Source: Heteronotia binoei (Eukaryota). Taken from it: 64,000 nucleotides of DNA. The DNA is taken from positions 14,942,001-15,006,000 of the forward strand of contig NC_083236.1 in assembly GCF_032191835.1 (NCBI RefSeq). Reading direction: 5' to 3'. This document shows, piece after piece, positions 32,001 through 44,066 of this stretch. The notes under the pieces were generated by a model. It did not search any database and had not been told where the DNA came from. It was given only the letters and a program-made list of their open reading frames with translations. Each line of letters begins with the position of its first letter. The stretch's first letter is position 1. The position numbers were made by a program, and so were the translations under genes.

Positions 32001-35000
32001 AAGTCAGCTGTGAAAAAGTTGGACAGGATCCAACCCAATGAACTGTGTAGTTTCAAAGATGGAAGTATACCAGATCCATTCAGACTGCCTCCTGGGTTTG
32101 CAGGATTGTCCGTTCCCACCATCCTGGATAGTTCTGTCTCAAAATATGGACCCTACTTCATCCCTGCCATTGACTCAGTATTGTTCCCTGGCAGGTTTTA
32201 GAGCTTCTGAAAAGCACCCACAAGGGAATGGAAGAGAGAATAAAATCCTTGCGTCGCCTTCGATGGGGGCTGCAATACAAAGAAACCCAGCGGACGTTCA
32301 TCAGGTTGGCTAACAGGCCTTAGTGGTGCCTCACCAAGTGGGTGTTGTTTGCCTTGGTTGAAGGAAATGAAACTAATTTGGGATATTTTGTCGCAAGAAC
32401 AGCTCTAGTAGGTAGAGATAGGCCCACATCTGTTCTAGATATTTGTGAGTGTATGGTTAATTTATCTGAGTGATTTGTAAAGCAGAAGAGCTTCTCTTTC
32501 AACCTAAAGAGGAAAAATGAGTGCAGCCAGTTTTCGGTTTCCATTCAATGCAAGTTCACTTTGGCTCCTGAGTCATGGAGATATTCAGTGTTTGGAGCAC
32601 TGGGGTGAGTGGAACTGGAGAGCAGAAAAAGCATGCAATGTGGGGTGGCTACCTAGAGTCCCTGTTTTTCCTTTTGCAGGCTGGAGGGTAGCATGCGGAT
32701 GCTGATTGGCCTCTTCACCAGCAATCTAGCAGATCTGCAGATGGAGGCAGCTTGGTGTTTACATGAATTGTCACACTCCCAAGACCCAGAAGTTGTGGAG
32801 GCCTGTTTGCCAGCCACCTCCTACCTCCTGACCTACCTCTCTGGACACAGTACAGCCCTCACGGTAAGACATGGGCCCTCACCTCTCAAGCATTCCAGCT
32901 TCTGCTAAGTGACGTGGTTTAAGCATGGCTGGTCATTGACATTTGAGTCTGCCTTCCAAGGCATGATGTGGAAATGGTCTTTATCGTCATGCTCCATTTT
33001 TAACAGAGTGTCTTCTGTTGGGGCTTTCAAGTTCACCGTAACAAAGAGCTTGTCTGTAGTCTGAGTTCAGAAGACTAGATCTACCAGAAAGGGTCTGGAA
33101 TGTTTTTGTTCTTTGTTGTGTGACCCTTTCATGTATAACCTCTGTAAAGACACCTCTCTGTAATGTTCTGAGGTGATGTGTGTTATGCTGCCTCCTTGCC
33201 TCCCTTATTTTCACTGACATCAAAGGCTCTTACCTCAGAAGGCTTAGTTAGACTCAAAGAAAGGGGAGGCTTAGTTGTATATGGTAGAATGACAGAACAG
33301 TCAGCGCATGAGGGTGACTCTGAGCTAAAAAGGGACCCTTTACTCTAAAATAAACGGGTTTTTTCTTAAACACAAACAGTTTATTTATAATATAGCATAT
33401 TGGTTTCTGTATAGTTGATAGATGTAATGGTTTCAGATTGCTACGTAAGTGAAACGGTTCTTTAAATAGACCTAGCCTCACAGGCTTATTTTCTCATTTG
33501 CTGCTTAGGCCAGTAACTTCCACACAGATTTCTCTCACAGCACTCAGTAGCACCTCACTCAAGTTTCTTTGTCCACACACACGCTGCTCAGCACTCCTTC
33601 TCTTGCACAAAAGCCTGTCTCTGAACAGAAGCAAGTCAGCTCTGCCCTCTAGGGTACAGCTACCATCCAGTCATAACACATTTCACTCACCCACCCAGCT
33701 CCCCTCTTGCTTACTCTACAGATCTGTATTTTAGACCACAGCAACATACATTTAAACTCCACAATAAAACATAGAAACAAAAAAACACACACTCGGTATT
33801 TACATGGCAAAACCAGATGATCCCAGAAAGGAGTGGGGTAGCAGAGAGGACTGAAGGACATATTAAGGGAAAGTGTGAAGGGGGGAGGTTGCAGTTGACT
33901 GGACTTGTTGCAGTGGTTTGAACTTGGCAGCTCAGACACCTTTGTGTGAGGAAGTGACCTGATGGTGAAGAAAGGCAGATAGAATCCAGCTACACTGAGC
34001 AGAGTGCATGAGAAGACTGGCTTCAGAGCAGGCCTGCCTTCCATCCTAGGGTGCGAACTGGGGTTGCAGTGGGCCTGGCTTCTGAAGAGAAGTTTGGCAA
34101 AAAAAAAAGTCTGGGAATGCTTAGCAGAAAATGAGCGATCAGCTTAGTATTTATCTTTTCTGCTGTTACAGCAACTCTATGCTGTGGAAATATATCTGTA
34201 CATCCTTATAGGCTTCTCTTTTCTCTTGTGGGAATGTTGCTGTCCCTACAGCTATGATGGGGGCTGTGTGAGATGATGGGGGCTGCCTTACATGGCATCA
34301 GACCCTTGGTCCATCAAAGTCGGTCAAGTCTAGTCAGAGTGGCAGCGGCTCTCCAGGGTCTCGGGTAGAGAGCTTCTGTGTGACCCATTATTTTTGACTG
34401 GAGATGCCAGGGATTGCACCTGGGTGTCAAGTGCCTTGGCATGAAAGGGATACTGTATCATTTGTACTTGGCTTAAAATACCGAATCACTGTTATCTTGT
34501 GCTGTTCTGCATACCTCTTCCCCTTCCCATGCTTTTGCTTGTACACACCTGCTAACGGGCCAGGATGTTATGTCTAAGGACTCATGGCTTAGTAACACAT
34601 TGTATTGAGATTGCAACCTTGGGCGGATGGGAAACAAAACCAAACTCCCGAAGACATACTTAGGAAAGTAAAATGGGGGGAATGCTTATCATTGCTGCTA
34701 TGCCTTTTGCTAAACCTATATTACTGCTGGTTTGAGCCATGTATAGTAGATCTGACTCACACCCCGTCTGAGGCTATGCTTACCTGAAATTCTTAATAAA
34801 TGGAATCTATTGAACCCACAAGGACTGTTTATTGAGTACTCGGGGGGACGCCTAACACTGGGACCTTGTACATGCAAAACAGATGGCCTGGCATTGAGCT
34901 GTAGCCCTTCATGTTTCAGGAACTGTGTTTGTACACGCTGGGGAACTTGGCAGTTGAGACAAAGATTGTGAAGAAGCAGCTTCTGCCCCAAGGCATTGTT

Positions 35001-38000
35001 CCAGTGCTGGCATCTTGTATGCAGGTGAGCAAAGAAGTGAGTCTTTGTTTTAGATCCTTTGCAAGCCAGCTGCCTGCAGGCTTTGTCTAGTCAAAGGATG
35101 TATTTTATTCAGGGAAGAATTATCTTCTTTGGCTCTTAGAGCAAGTGGAAGCCATATTCTGAGGAGGACCTATTGCAATAGGGAAGAGGAAGGAAAAGGG
35201 GGAGAGTCTGCATCCCTGTGGGCTCACCACCCCACGTCCCGTTGAACCCAGAGACCATTTGGTAGTTCTGTCACCACTGGTTCTGTCTGAAAAACATGGC
35301 GGAGACTCTCAACTTGAGTATGCATGTACCTTTCAAGGCACGTATCTCCAGGGCAAGCCCACTCTCCTTCTAAGTAGCATGTGCTTCTGAACCAAGAAGC
35401 TTGGAGTTGGGGTGGGGATGTTGTCCCATCCCATCCTGCCTGCCCATGTAATTTGTCAGGATAATGGACAGTAGAAAAAAACAAGAGTCCAGTAGCACCC
35501 TAAAGACTAGCAAAATTTGTGGCAGGGTATGAGCTTTCATGAGTCACTGCTCACCTTTTCAGATACAGCTGGCTGACTCACTAAAGCTCAAACCCTCCCG
35601 TAGATTTTGTTAGTCTAAGGTTCTACTGGATTCTTGCTCTTTGCTACTGCTAAAGACTTAACATGGCTACCCATCAGTATAATGGACATGTCTGAATCAG
35701 CTAATATGGAGGGAGGTTGCCCTAAAAACAGGCTACTTTTCAACTTCAACACCAAATCAAATGAGGGTTCTCTGCAGAGAGCAGATTTTTTGTGTTTGAG
35801 TGCCAGTGAGCTCATGGATGAGAGTTGGAAAATTTTAGGGGGAAGAAATACAGAAGGGTACCCGAGTTCTCCCCTGATCTGCAGTCTCTGTACAAGGTCT
35901 CTGATCAAGAGAGAGATCTTGGGGTCATGATAGATAACTCACTGAAAGTGTCAAGACAGTGTGCGTTTGCAATAAAAAAGGCCAATGCCATGCTGGGAAT
36001 TATTAGGAAGGGAATTGAAAACAAATCAGCCAGTATCATAATGCCCCTGTATAAATCGATGGTGCGGTCTCATTTGGAGTACTGTGTGCAGTTCTGGTCG
36101 CCGCACCTCAAAAAGGATATTATAGCTTTAGAGAAGGTGCAGAGAAGGGCAACTAGAATGATTAAAGGGCTGGAGCACTTTCCCTATGAAGAAAGGTTGA
36201 AACGCTTGGGACTCTTTAGCTTGGAGAAACGTCGACTGCGGGGTGACATGATAGAGGTTTACAAGATAATGCATGGAATGGAGAAAGTAGAGAAAGAAGT
36301 CCTTTTCTCCCTTTCTCACAATACAAGAACTCGTGGGCATTCGATGAAATTGCTGAGCAGACAGGTTAAAATGGATAAAAGGAAGTACTTCTTCACCCAA
36401 AGGGTGATTAACATGTGGAATTCACTGCCACAGGAGGTGGTGGCGGCCACAAGTATAGCCACCTTCAAGAGGGGTTTAGATAAAAATATGGAGCAGAGGT
36501 CCATCAGTGGCTATTAGCCACAGTGTATGTGTGTATATAACATTTTTTGCCACTGTGTGACACAGAGTGTTGGACTTGATGGGCCGTTGGCCTGATCCAA
36601 CATGGCTTCTCTTATGTTCTTATGGTCTTTTGCCACACTTTTGCTCTCTGGGCTTGGGCAGATGCTGGTGGCCTTGGGCAAATGTTCCATTTGATTTATT
36701 GCATGGAGTGGAAAAGAACTAAAATGCACTCTCTGCTGAGCTCTTTGTTGCTTGTGCTCCTTTTCCTTGGTGCTTCTGAGCCCATGTCATTGGCTGATGA
36801 ATGTTGTATCTTCTGATTTCAGTCTCCTCACCTGGCAGTGCAGGAAGGCGCAGGCTATGCTCTGTCACAGCTCTTGCAGTCGAAAGAATCCACAGAGGAA
36901 ATAATCTCGTAAGCAGAACAGTCTTTCCAGTTTACCCTGTTGGGAATTGGATGTCTGTTTATGTGTGTGCATGTGAGAAGCAAGCTTACCATTCTCTGAG
37001 ATGTTAGAAGGAATCTGCATGCCTGGAGTATGAATCTCTGTCACATGCACGCCCCTTGCTCTGTGAGCTGGTCTCAAGAGCCGGTAGCAAGGAGAGGAAC
37101 TGAACCAGTTGGCTCCAGCAGGCAATTACTTGCTCTCTAAGGACATATGCTAGCCTCAGCTTCCTCTTTGCAATGACAGGAGTTGGCTTCGTGGTCTTGG
37201 GGATTTCCCTTGCCATGTCAGAGCTCCTCTTGCTGGTCAGAGCAGCTGTATTACTCTCTCTAAGCCTGCTTAATTCTCCCAGTCACTACACAGAAGCTTA
37301 TTTTGTCTCTCCCCCCCACCAGCTTGGTTCTAGATTCTGGCCTCTCCCAACACATGCTTCGCTTGGTTTGCTCCAACTTGGAACAGGGAATGGGAGTTGC
37401 TGTGGAATTTGCATGGTGTCTGCACTACATTATTTGCAGGTAAGGGTGCTTCAGTAGAGTGTAAATTACAGTCAGGGGGTTGGAGCAGGGATCTTGTGGG
37501 TGAGTGGATTGCCTAAGCCAGGGGTGGCCAAACTTGTTTAACATAAGAGCCACATAGAATAAATGTCAGATGTTTGAGAGCTGCAAGACATGAACGTCAG
37601 ATGTTTGAAAGCTACAAAACAGGGAGAAAGGGAGGAAGGAAAACAGATGGGAGGAGGGAGAGAGAGGTTGAAAGAAAGCAACTTTAAGTACATTCTTCAA
37701 GCCACAGGCTAGCGTGGAGAAGTGATTTAAAGAGACATGTGCTGATGGGGTGGTGGGGCTTCCAGAGCCACACACCATGCGTGAAAGAGCCACAGTTTGG
37801 CCACCCCTGGCCTAAGCTGCTGGTAGTACATGATGAAGGTAAGGATGCAGATAGCTAGAGCATGGGTGAGACACAGACCTCAAGAAAATTGTTGATGGTT
37901 AGTGTTACAGAGGGAAGTGGAGAAGACGCCTTTCCTTGCTGGGAAATGCCCTTAGACCAAGTGTTCCCTGTAAAGCACTTTGGTAACCAGCTGCTGCCAC

Positions 38001-41000
38001 TCAGGGACTTCTTGAGAACATCTAGACTGACCTGATAAGTAGGTGTCCTTAGTGCAGTACTAGAACAGAAACCAAGTAACAAGGTGGAAAGTCTTGAAAG
38101 ATACTTTAAAAGAAGTCCTTCAGTTATATGAAACTACATAGCGCCTGTGTGGTCTAGGATATAGGGAAGAGAACTAGATTATACTAAACGAAGGCAAAAA
38201 TGGCTTTATTAAAATATTTATTATAAATGAAAAGAAAAAGGGATTGGATTCAAAAAAGGGGTGGAAAATGGGCAAAAAGCAAAAACGAGAAAGGCACACA
38301 CAGTCTGCAGACTTTCAGATAAACAGCAGTTGATTTAACATGGCTAAGTACATGTTACCTAGGCTGTAACTGGTTTCTCAGAGTATGTGCAGAGTTTCTT
38401 GTAGTATCAAGATGTTGGAGGAGTTTTAACCACTACCCAACCTCTTGTGAACCCCAGTTTCCCCAACGTCTAGGTATTTATGGTGAATGGGACCTGACCC
38501 AGCCCGCTAAGAGTGGCACACTGATTTAGCCAGTCCCACTCAAAGCCTCATCTCTGGTCACAAATTTGATAGGACCAAACATGTCTCTTGAATCACTCTT
38601 TTGTTTAATTATGTGCTTTGGAGAAGGATGATGTGAATGCTGAGTACTGAAGTTAAATGATACCTGCTGTAAGCTCAAAAATAGATATTTAGATGAAGTC
38701 TTTCTACAGACTTGTCTGTATCCTAACACAGTTTCTGCCATATAAGAATACTGATAGAATACTTAGTCCAATCCCATCATGGGCTAGATAATAGACAAAG
38801 GCTGCAATCCTAAGTGCACTTTCCTGAGAGCTGGTGTGGTACCATAGATACAGTATCAGTTTAGGGTCTGGGAGACCCAGGTTTGAATCCCACGCTGTTA
38901 TGGAAGCTTGCTGGATAACCTTGGGGCCAGTCACACACTCATCCTAACCTACCTCGCAAGGTTTTTGTGAGGATAAAATGGAGGAGACGGATGCAAGCTG
39001 CTTTGGCTTCCTGTTGCGGAGAAATGTGGAGTATAAATGAATAAAATAGGGCTTACGGGTGAGTAAACCTGCTTATAATTGCAGTCAACTTCAGTCTGTG
39101 GATGACGCAGATTTTCAATGGCCTACGGCCAGCACCCATTCCTAGGCCTAATTCTGAAGAACTGGATTGGATCCCCCACTCTTCCTCCACATTTAAGCCT
39201 TGGCCCAGTCCCACCTACCTCACAAGGTGGGGAGAGCAAAGGAATGTGACTGGAAGCCACTGCGAGACTCCTTAATGCAGAGAAAAATGAGGTATAAGAA
39301 CCTACTCTTCTTGTTTGGTGTAGTGATTAAGTGTGCGGACTCTTATCTGGGAGAACCGAGTTGGATTCCCCACTCCTCCACTTGCACCCACTGGAATGGC
39401 CTTGGGTCAGCCATAGCTCTCTTATCTGGGAGAACCGGGTTTGATTCCCCACTTCTCCACTTGCACCTGCTGGAATGGCCTTGGGTCAGCCATAGCTCTC
39501 TTATCTGGGAGAACTGGGTTTGATTCCCCACTCCTCCACTTGCAGCTGCTGGAATGGCCTTGGGTCAGCCATAGCTCTCTTATCTGGGAGAACCGGGTTT
39601 GATTCCCCACTCCTCCACTTGCAGCTGCTGGAATGGCCTTGGGTCAGCCATAGCTCTCTTATTTGGGAGAACCGGGTTTGATTCCCCACTCCTCCACTTG
39701 CAGCTGCTGGAATGGCCTTGGGTCAGCCATAGCTCTCTTATCTGGGAGAACCGAGTTTGATTCCCCACTCCTCCACTTGCAGCTGCTGGAATGGCCTTGG
39801 GTCAGCCATAGCTCTCTTGTCTGGGAGAACCCAGTTTGATTCCCTACTCCTCCACTTGCAGCTGCTGGAATGGTCTTGGGTCATCCATAGCTCTGGCAGA
39901 GGTTGTCCTTGAAAGGGCAGCTGCTGTGAGAGCCCTCTCAGCCCTACCCACCTCACAGCGTGTCTGTTGTGGGGGGAGAAGATATAGGAGATTGTAAGCT
40001 GCTCTGAGTCTCTGATTCAGAGCGAAGGGTGGAGTATAAATCTGCAATTCTTCTTCTTCTTCCCTCAGCCGAGTGAACAACTCACTGCTCATCTCCCAAG
40101 GGACCCTGCCGACTCTCGGGCAGCTGTTGCTAGCCCTGGCTTCCATGACGACAACTTCTGCTGAGGGTCTGGAACTGGTAAAGTAAACAGGAGGTCTCTT
40201 GCTGAGTTGCTGACCTGTGGCCCAGCTTCTCCTGAAGATCCCTTCTTCCCCTCTGCTTTCAGCTGGTCTGTCCTGTGGTGCGGTGCGTCAGCAACCTCCT
40301 CGCTGAAGACGAGCCCTGTGGTGGCGAGCTCCAGGCACAAGCAGAGGGCCTCCTGCGGGCTGTGTTTGTCTTCATCAGGAGCTTCCTCCCCAGGCACCTC
40401 TTCATTGTGCAGGAATGTTTGTGGCTGCTGAATAACCTCACAGGTACATCCCTTTCACTCGCTGCGTCAAGGCTAGAAGAGGAAGCACAACAGCTAGTAT
40501 TGTTGAGAGCCAAACAGCCTGTGTGCTTTTTAGGCAGCTCTCTTGACCTGAGCTAATAGTGCTGCTTTCTCACATCCCTCAGACTCTTACAAAATGCCAA
40601 CTGAGTCTCCTGGACGTCCCAAGAACAGGTAAATCTCTTTGTCGCAAGGAACTGATGACAGTATTAACATACATTTGATCTCAGAGCCTTCTAAACACTT
40701 CAAAGAGATTGTATCTTGTAGGAAGATCTTTTCAGCAAAATCATATGTGTCTTGCCATGTATACCATGTTTATGCGTAGTGGGGTTGCACGGGCTAGACT
40801 GAGTAGCCAAAAAAGAAGTCTTCAGAGCCTAATTGGGCTACCTGCTCTACTCATTCTCCTTTTCCTGTGTGCCTAACTCTTCATGAGAGCTCCTCTTGCA
40901 GTCTGTTTTTAATGAAACGGAAAATGCCAGTAGCAACCTCTGACCCCTTTACGTCCTGCTTTTCCCAGCTGATGACCCCACGTTGTGTTCTGCTCTGCTC

Positions 41001-42918
41001 AGCCTGGACCTCTTTCCATCTCTGCTGCAGCTCTTGCATTGCCAGAAGGCAAGCGTGCTGGTAGGTGACAATACCGGTTGGGATTGGAACATGGAGCTGC
41101 CTATCCACGTTGTGTGCAAAGGCAAACGGGACCATGCTGTGCAAACAGCTGAAAGCACAAAACTGTAAACACCATGTATGCAAAATATAATAACACTCAG
41201 TATTGGATGTAAAGAATAAATGAACAAACCATTAACAAATGCAATGTGTCCGTAGTATTGAAGACTCACAAAAAGATTATCAAAAGTAATTATACGATTA
41301 TAGAAACATATACACATCAAATGAGAAATAAACACCAGGCTGGAAAAAATAAACTCAGAACTCTCAACGAGTCCAAGTAAAATTACGGATACTGCAGTGT
41401 GAAGAAGATAGTGGGAGAATTGACAGCCATTCCGGTAAACGGCATTTCCATTCCTTCTTCAGAAGTTCCAGTTAGTGAATTCCAAATGCACAGACCGGCA
41501 GACCACTCATCTGTATTTTTAGAAAGCAACTCTCCAGCCTAAAAAATCTCTTGGTTGCAATCCATGATTTCATGTAAGCTGGAAAAAACCTCCAGCATCA
41601 TGCCACCGTGCCATTTGGAATTCACTAACTGGGATTTCTGAAGGAACAGAAACACCGTTTACCAGAAGAGCTGTCAAGTCTCACGCTGCTTTCTTCGCAC
41701 TGCAGTAATTTTATTTGAATTCCTTGAGAGTTTTATCTTTCCAACTTGCTGTTTATTTCTCATTTGATGATGTGTATATCCATACACATCATCAAATGAG
41801 AATCCATCGATCAGATTATTCTAACAGAAAATAAAAAGAGGTTGAAGCATGCATCTTTTTTTAAAAAAGATTTTATTTAAAAAATTAAAATGGCGGGATA
41901 AGGAACAAACAGGAACAAGCATGTTGAAGACAGAGAGCAGTTTCTTTGGAATCATTTCAGGCTTTGACCCTCTCAGCAGAATAGTCCCTTTTTCTAAGCA
42001 AGTGTTGCTTCCAAATGGCATAATTTTGACCAGCAAGGTCGGTTCTCACAAAAGAGCATCCTGACCGAACACACTGCGTACAATCTGCTGGTCAGAAATG
42101 CAGGCATATTTCACCAGGTAAAATCAAGCTAAAGTTGAACATGAATCTATCAGGGCTTGATCTGGACATTTCTTGAGGCTTAGAAAAGCCAGGGCTAACC
42201 GTAACATAAGGCCAAGGGCATGGCAAGCCAGAAGCTGTACAGAAATCATATTGGGTGTTCAGTCACCACAAAGTATATACCGGTAATCCAAGGCAGCACT
42301 CAATGAGTGCCAAATTAGTAAGGAAGAAGACTCCTGGAGCTGTACTGACTGAACTCCTGCATCCCAAGGAGGGGAGGCAGTGATCAGTGTAGGCAAGCAG
42401 AGTAAAGGAAAGCTGAAGGGACTTAATGCCCCAGAGGTCCTTCTATACAAACTAGAATGGCAGGTGATCAGCTGCTCTCCATTGTTGTCCCCCTCCACAG
42501 GTTCTAACAGTGCTGTGCAACATTGCGGCCAAGGGGCCTGCCCACTGCCAGGCACTGCTCCAGAAGGCCCGGCTTCCTTCTCTCCTTGGTGCCCTTGCCC
42601 TTTCTGATGACGAAGCAGTGAATCAAGTTTTGGAACTGGCATACCTCCTCTTCCTACACTGGCCAGAGGTACAAGATTTGACTTGATGTGTATTGTTGCA
42701 CTCAGGCTCCAGTTGCATCATTGGGCTCAATAACAAGTCTAACCTGAACCCCTCTCTTGATTCAGGCTGCCATTGACTTTGTGGATCAATCAGGACTACA
42801 GGCTCTAGAGCGGCATCGGGAGAACCTGCTGTTGCGAGAGAAGGTTGAGGCACTCGTCAGAATTGCCAGCCAGCTAGCAGCTCCCTCTCAGAACTGTCCA
42901 CTTGAGGATTCAGCTTAA
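28707..42918 (+). CDS. TMCO6: TMCO6 (IBB-like N-terminus + ARM repeats), 511 aa; join(28707..28812,31448..31572,32195..32304,32680..32863,34920..35024,36823..36908,37323..37439,40069..40177,40263..40443,40969..41060,42501..42668,42766..42918)
   Basis: All 11 introns are GT-AG and the phases close to give 1536 nt. Peptides match TMCO6 as I recall it: EELRARRREREAALRSARRLQQLVSKRLL, EAAWCLHELSHS, ACLPATSYLLTYLS, ELCLYTLGNL, VAVEFAWCLHYIIC, LWLLNNLT, SGLQALERH. The start ATG is the least certain element. Confidence 0.93.
29026..29550 (+). mobile_element. hAT MITE family A
   Basis: TIRs plus an exact 8-bp TSD AGGGGGAC. Confidence 0.95.
31795..32021 (+). mobile_element. Sauria SINE in TMCO6 intron 2
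   Basis: gagttcgatcc..gttgactcagccttccatcc..gaggtc.gtaaaatgagtacc..ggcaatggcaaaccacc. Confidence 0.85.
35470..35650. mobile_element. Palindromic Penelope-like-element derivative
   Basis: aagagtccagtagcacc...aaagact ... agtctaaggttctactggattcttgctct. Confidence 0.65.
35895..36625 (+). mobile_element. CR1 LINE 3' portion in TMCO6 intron 5
   Basis: ERDLGVMID..KKANAMLGIIRKGI...HLEYCVQFWSPHLKKDI..LEKVQRRATRMIKGLE..YEERLKRLGLFSLEKRRLRGD, followed by a CR1 3' UTR. Confidence 0.93.
37519..37809 (-). mobile_element. hAT MITE (CAGGGGTGGCCAAAC termini)
   Basis: Exact TSD GCCTAAGC. Confidence 0.9.
39313..40061 (+). mobile_element. Squam3-like SINE with seven tandem 79-bp head segments, abutting the TMCO6 exon 8 acceptor
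   Basis: Units start at 39340, 39419, 39498, 39577, 39656, 39735 and 39814. The (TCT)n tail runs into ccctcag|exon 8. Confidence 0.92.
41308..41802. repeat. Long fold-back element in TMCO6 intron 10 with a perfect terminal hairpin
   Basis: Imperfect inverted arms of ~185 bp (41308-~41490 vs ~41605-41779) with TA at both ends. A perfect 21-bp stem is formed by 41757-41777 and 41782-41802. Confidence 0.85.
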
Positions 42919-43743
42919 GATCTGTAGCGTACTTTGTTAAAACACTGACCGAGAGACAAGTCACCTGTACCAGCTTGTTCCCAAGAAAGCACTACCTCTC
43001 TTCCTTTGGGAAGGGCATTCTCACTGTCCAGATCCTGCGCTGTCAAGTCTGGGGATTCCCCTGGAACTCAGCAGGACCCACGTACTTACCTTCCTGGCAT
43101 TCCTGCTGTCCCCCATGATGCAGGCAGAACCTGGTCAATAGTGGCTGCAGTAGTGGAATGTGGGCCCAGCCAGCACTCTCCTGGGTTACAGAAAATCTGT
43201 CACCCTCTGATGATGTCATCGGCTGGCATCGAGGAACCAACAAAAAGGCCAAGGAAGAAGAAGCCTCCATAGAGGCTATCAAGCAGGCCAGTGATCCCTA
43301 CAGCAGCCTAGATGTGATGACTGGGCAGGGAATGGCGGAGCTGAACCAGGCAAGGGCTTTCAGAGAACCAGGAAAGGCAAGCTCAGCAGAGGCCCCTCTG
43401 AGAGCTGGCTAGTGAGAGGGTGAGGTAGGAGACTGAGGGTGTGTGTGTCAACATCTGGCCCAAATGATGGCTCAAGAGACAAGGGTGGGGCTGGAAATGA
43501 ATGGCCAGGGCAGAGAGGGAGCGTAAATGGAGATGGCATAACCAGGCAAGGGATGAGGGGGAAAAGAGCCCCTTGTTCTAAGCTCAGGCAGGGACAATGC
43601 TCCAGGAAAGAGTGGAAGGACTTAGGTACCATAACCATGTCCCCCACCCCCCCTTTTCCCTAATTAGAGACCTTGGAAGACACCTAGGCATGATGGCTGA
43701 AAGCCAAGAGGCAGCATTAGTGCAAGAAAGAGCTTCTTGATCA

Positions 43744-43749
43744 AATAAA
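43744..43749 (+). terminator. TMCO6: Candidate TMCO6 polyadenylation signal AATAAA
   Basis: First AATAAA I found after the stop at 42918; followed by a GU/U-rich tract at ~43775-43790. Confidence 0.5.
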
Positions 43750-43863
43750 TATCTTGCCTTAGCTTCTACCAGATGTGTTTTTTTTCTGCAGTCCTTTGAC
43801 CTGGTTAGCTTAGTATTAGTCAGGGGGTGTCAACAAAGGGGTAGTCTGCAAGTTTACAACCTC

Positions 43864-43869
43864 TTTATT
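43864..43869 (-). terminator. NDUFA2: Candidate NDUFA2 polyadenylation signal AATAAA
   Basis: TTTATT on the + strand, ~200 nt downstream of the NDUFA2 stop. Confidence 0.55.
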
Positions 43870-44066
43870 CTCCTCTCCCCACCTCCACCCCCGGACCGTA
43901 ACACAGTATAGTAAGAAGAATCAACCTGCAAAAAATACACTTGGCTAAAATAGGTATTTGGGCTGTATTTTGGAAGCTCTATTTTTATATGCAGTTTAAT
44001 AAGTTACATCCATACATGCTTCACAACTGGATTAAGATTCTTGAATGCAGGTACCGTGCGTTATCT

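Noticed and set aside
33250-33810. Possible reverse solo LTR (also 38146-38520)
   Set aside because: LTR-like composition and TG..CA candidates, but I could not find a matching TSD, so boundaries are unsupported.
39340-39892. CRISPR-like appearance of the 79-bp, 104-bp and 41-bp arrays
   Set aside because: Units are head-to-tail with no unique spacers, are SINE-derived or minisatellite, have no cas genes, and sit in a vertebrate genome.
41061-41070. Alternative TMCO6 exon 10 donor GTAG|GTGACA (+4 nt)
   Set aside because: Out of phase with exon 11; the proximal GT at 41061 gives the conserved frame.
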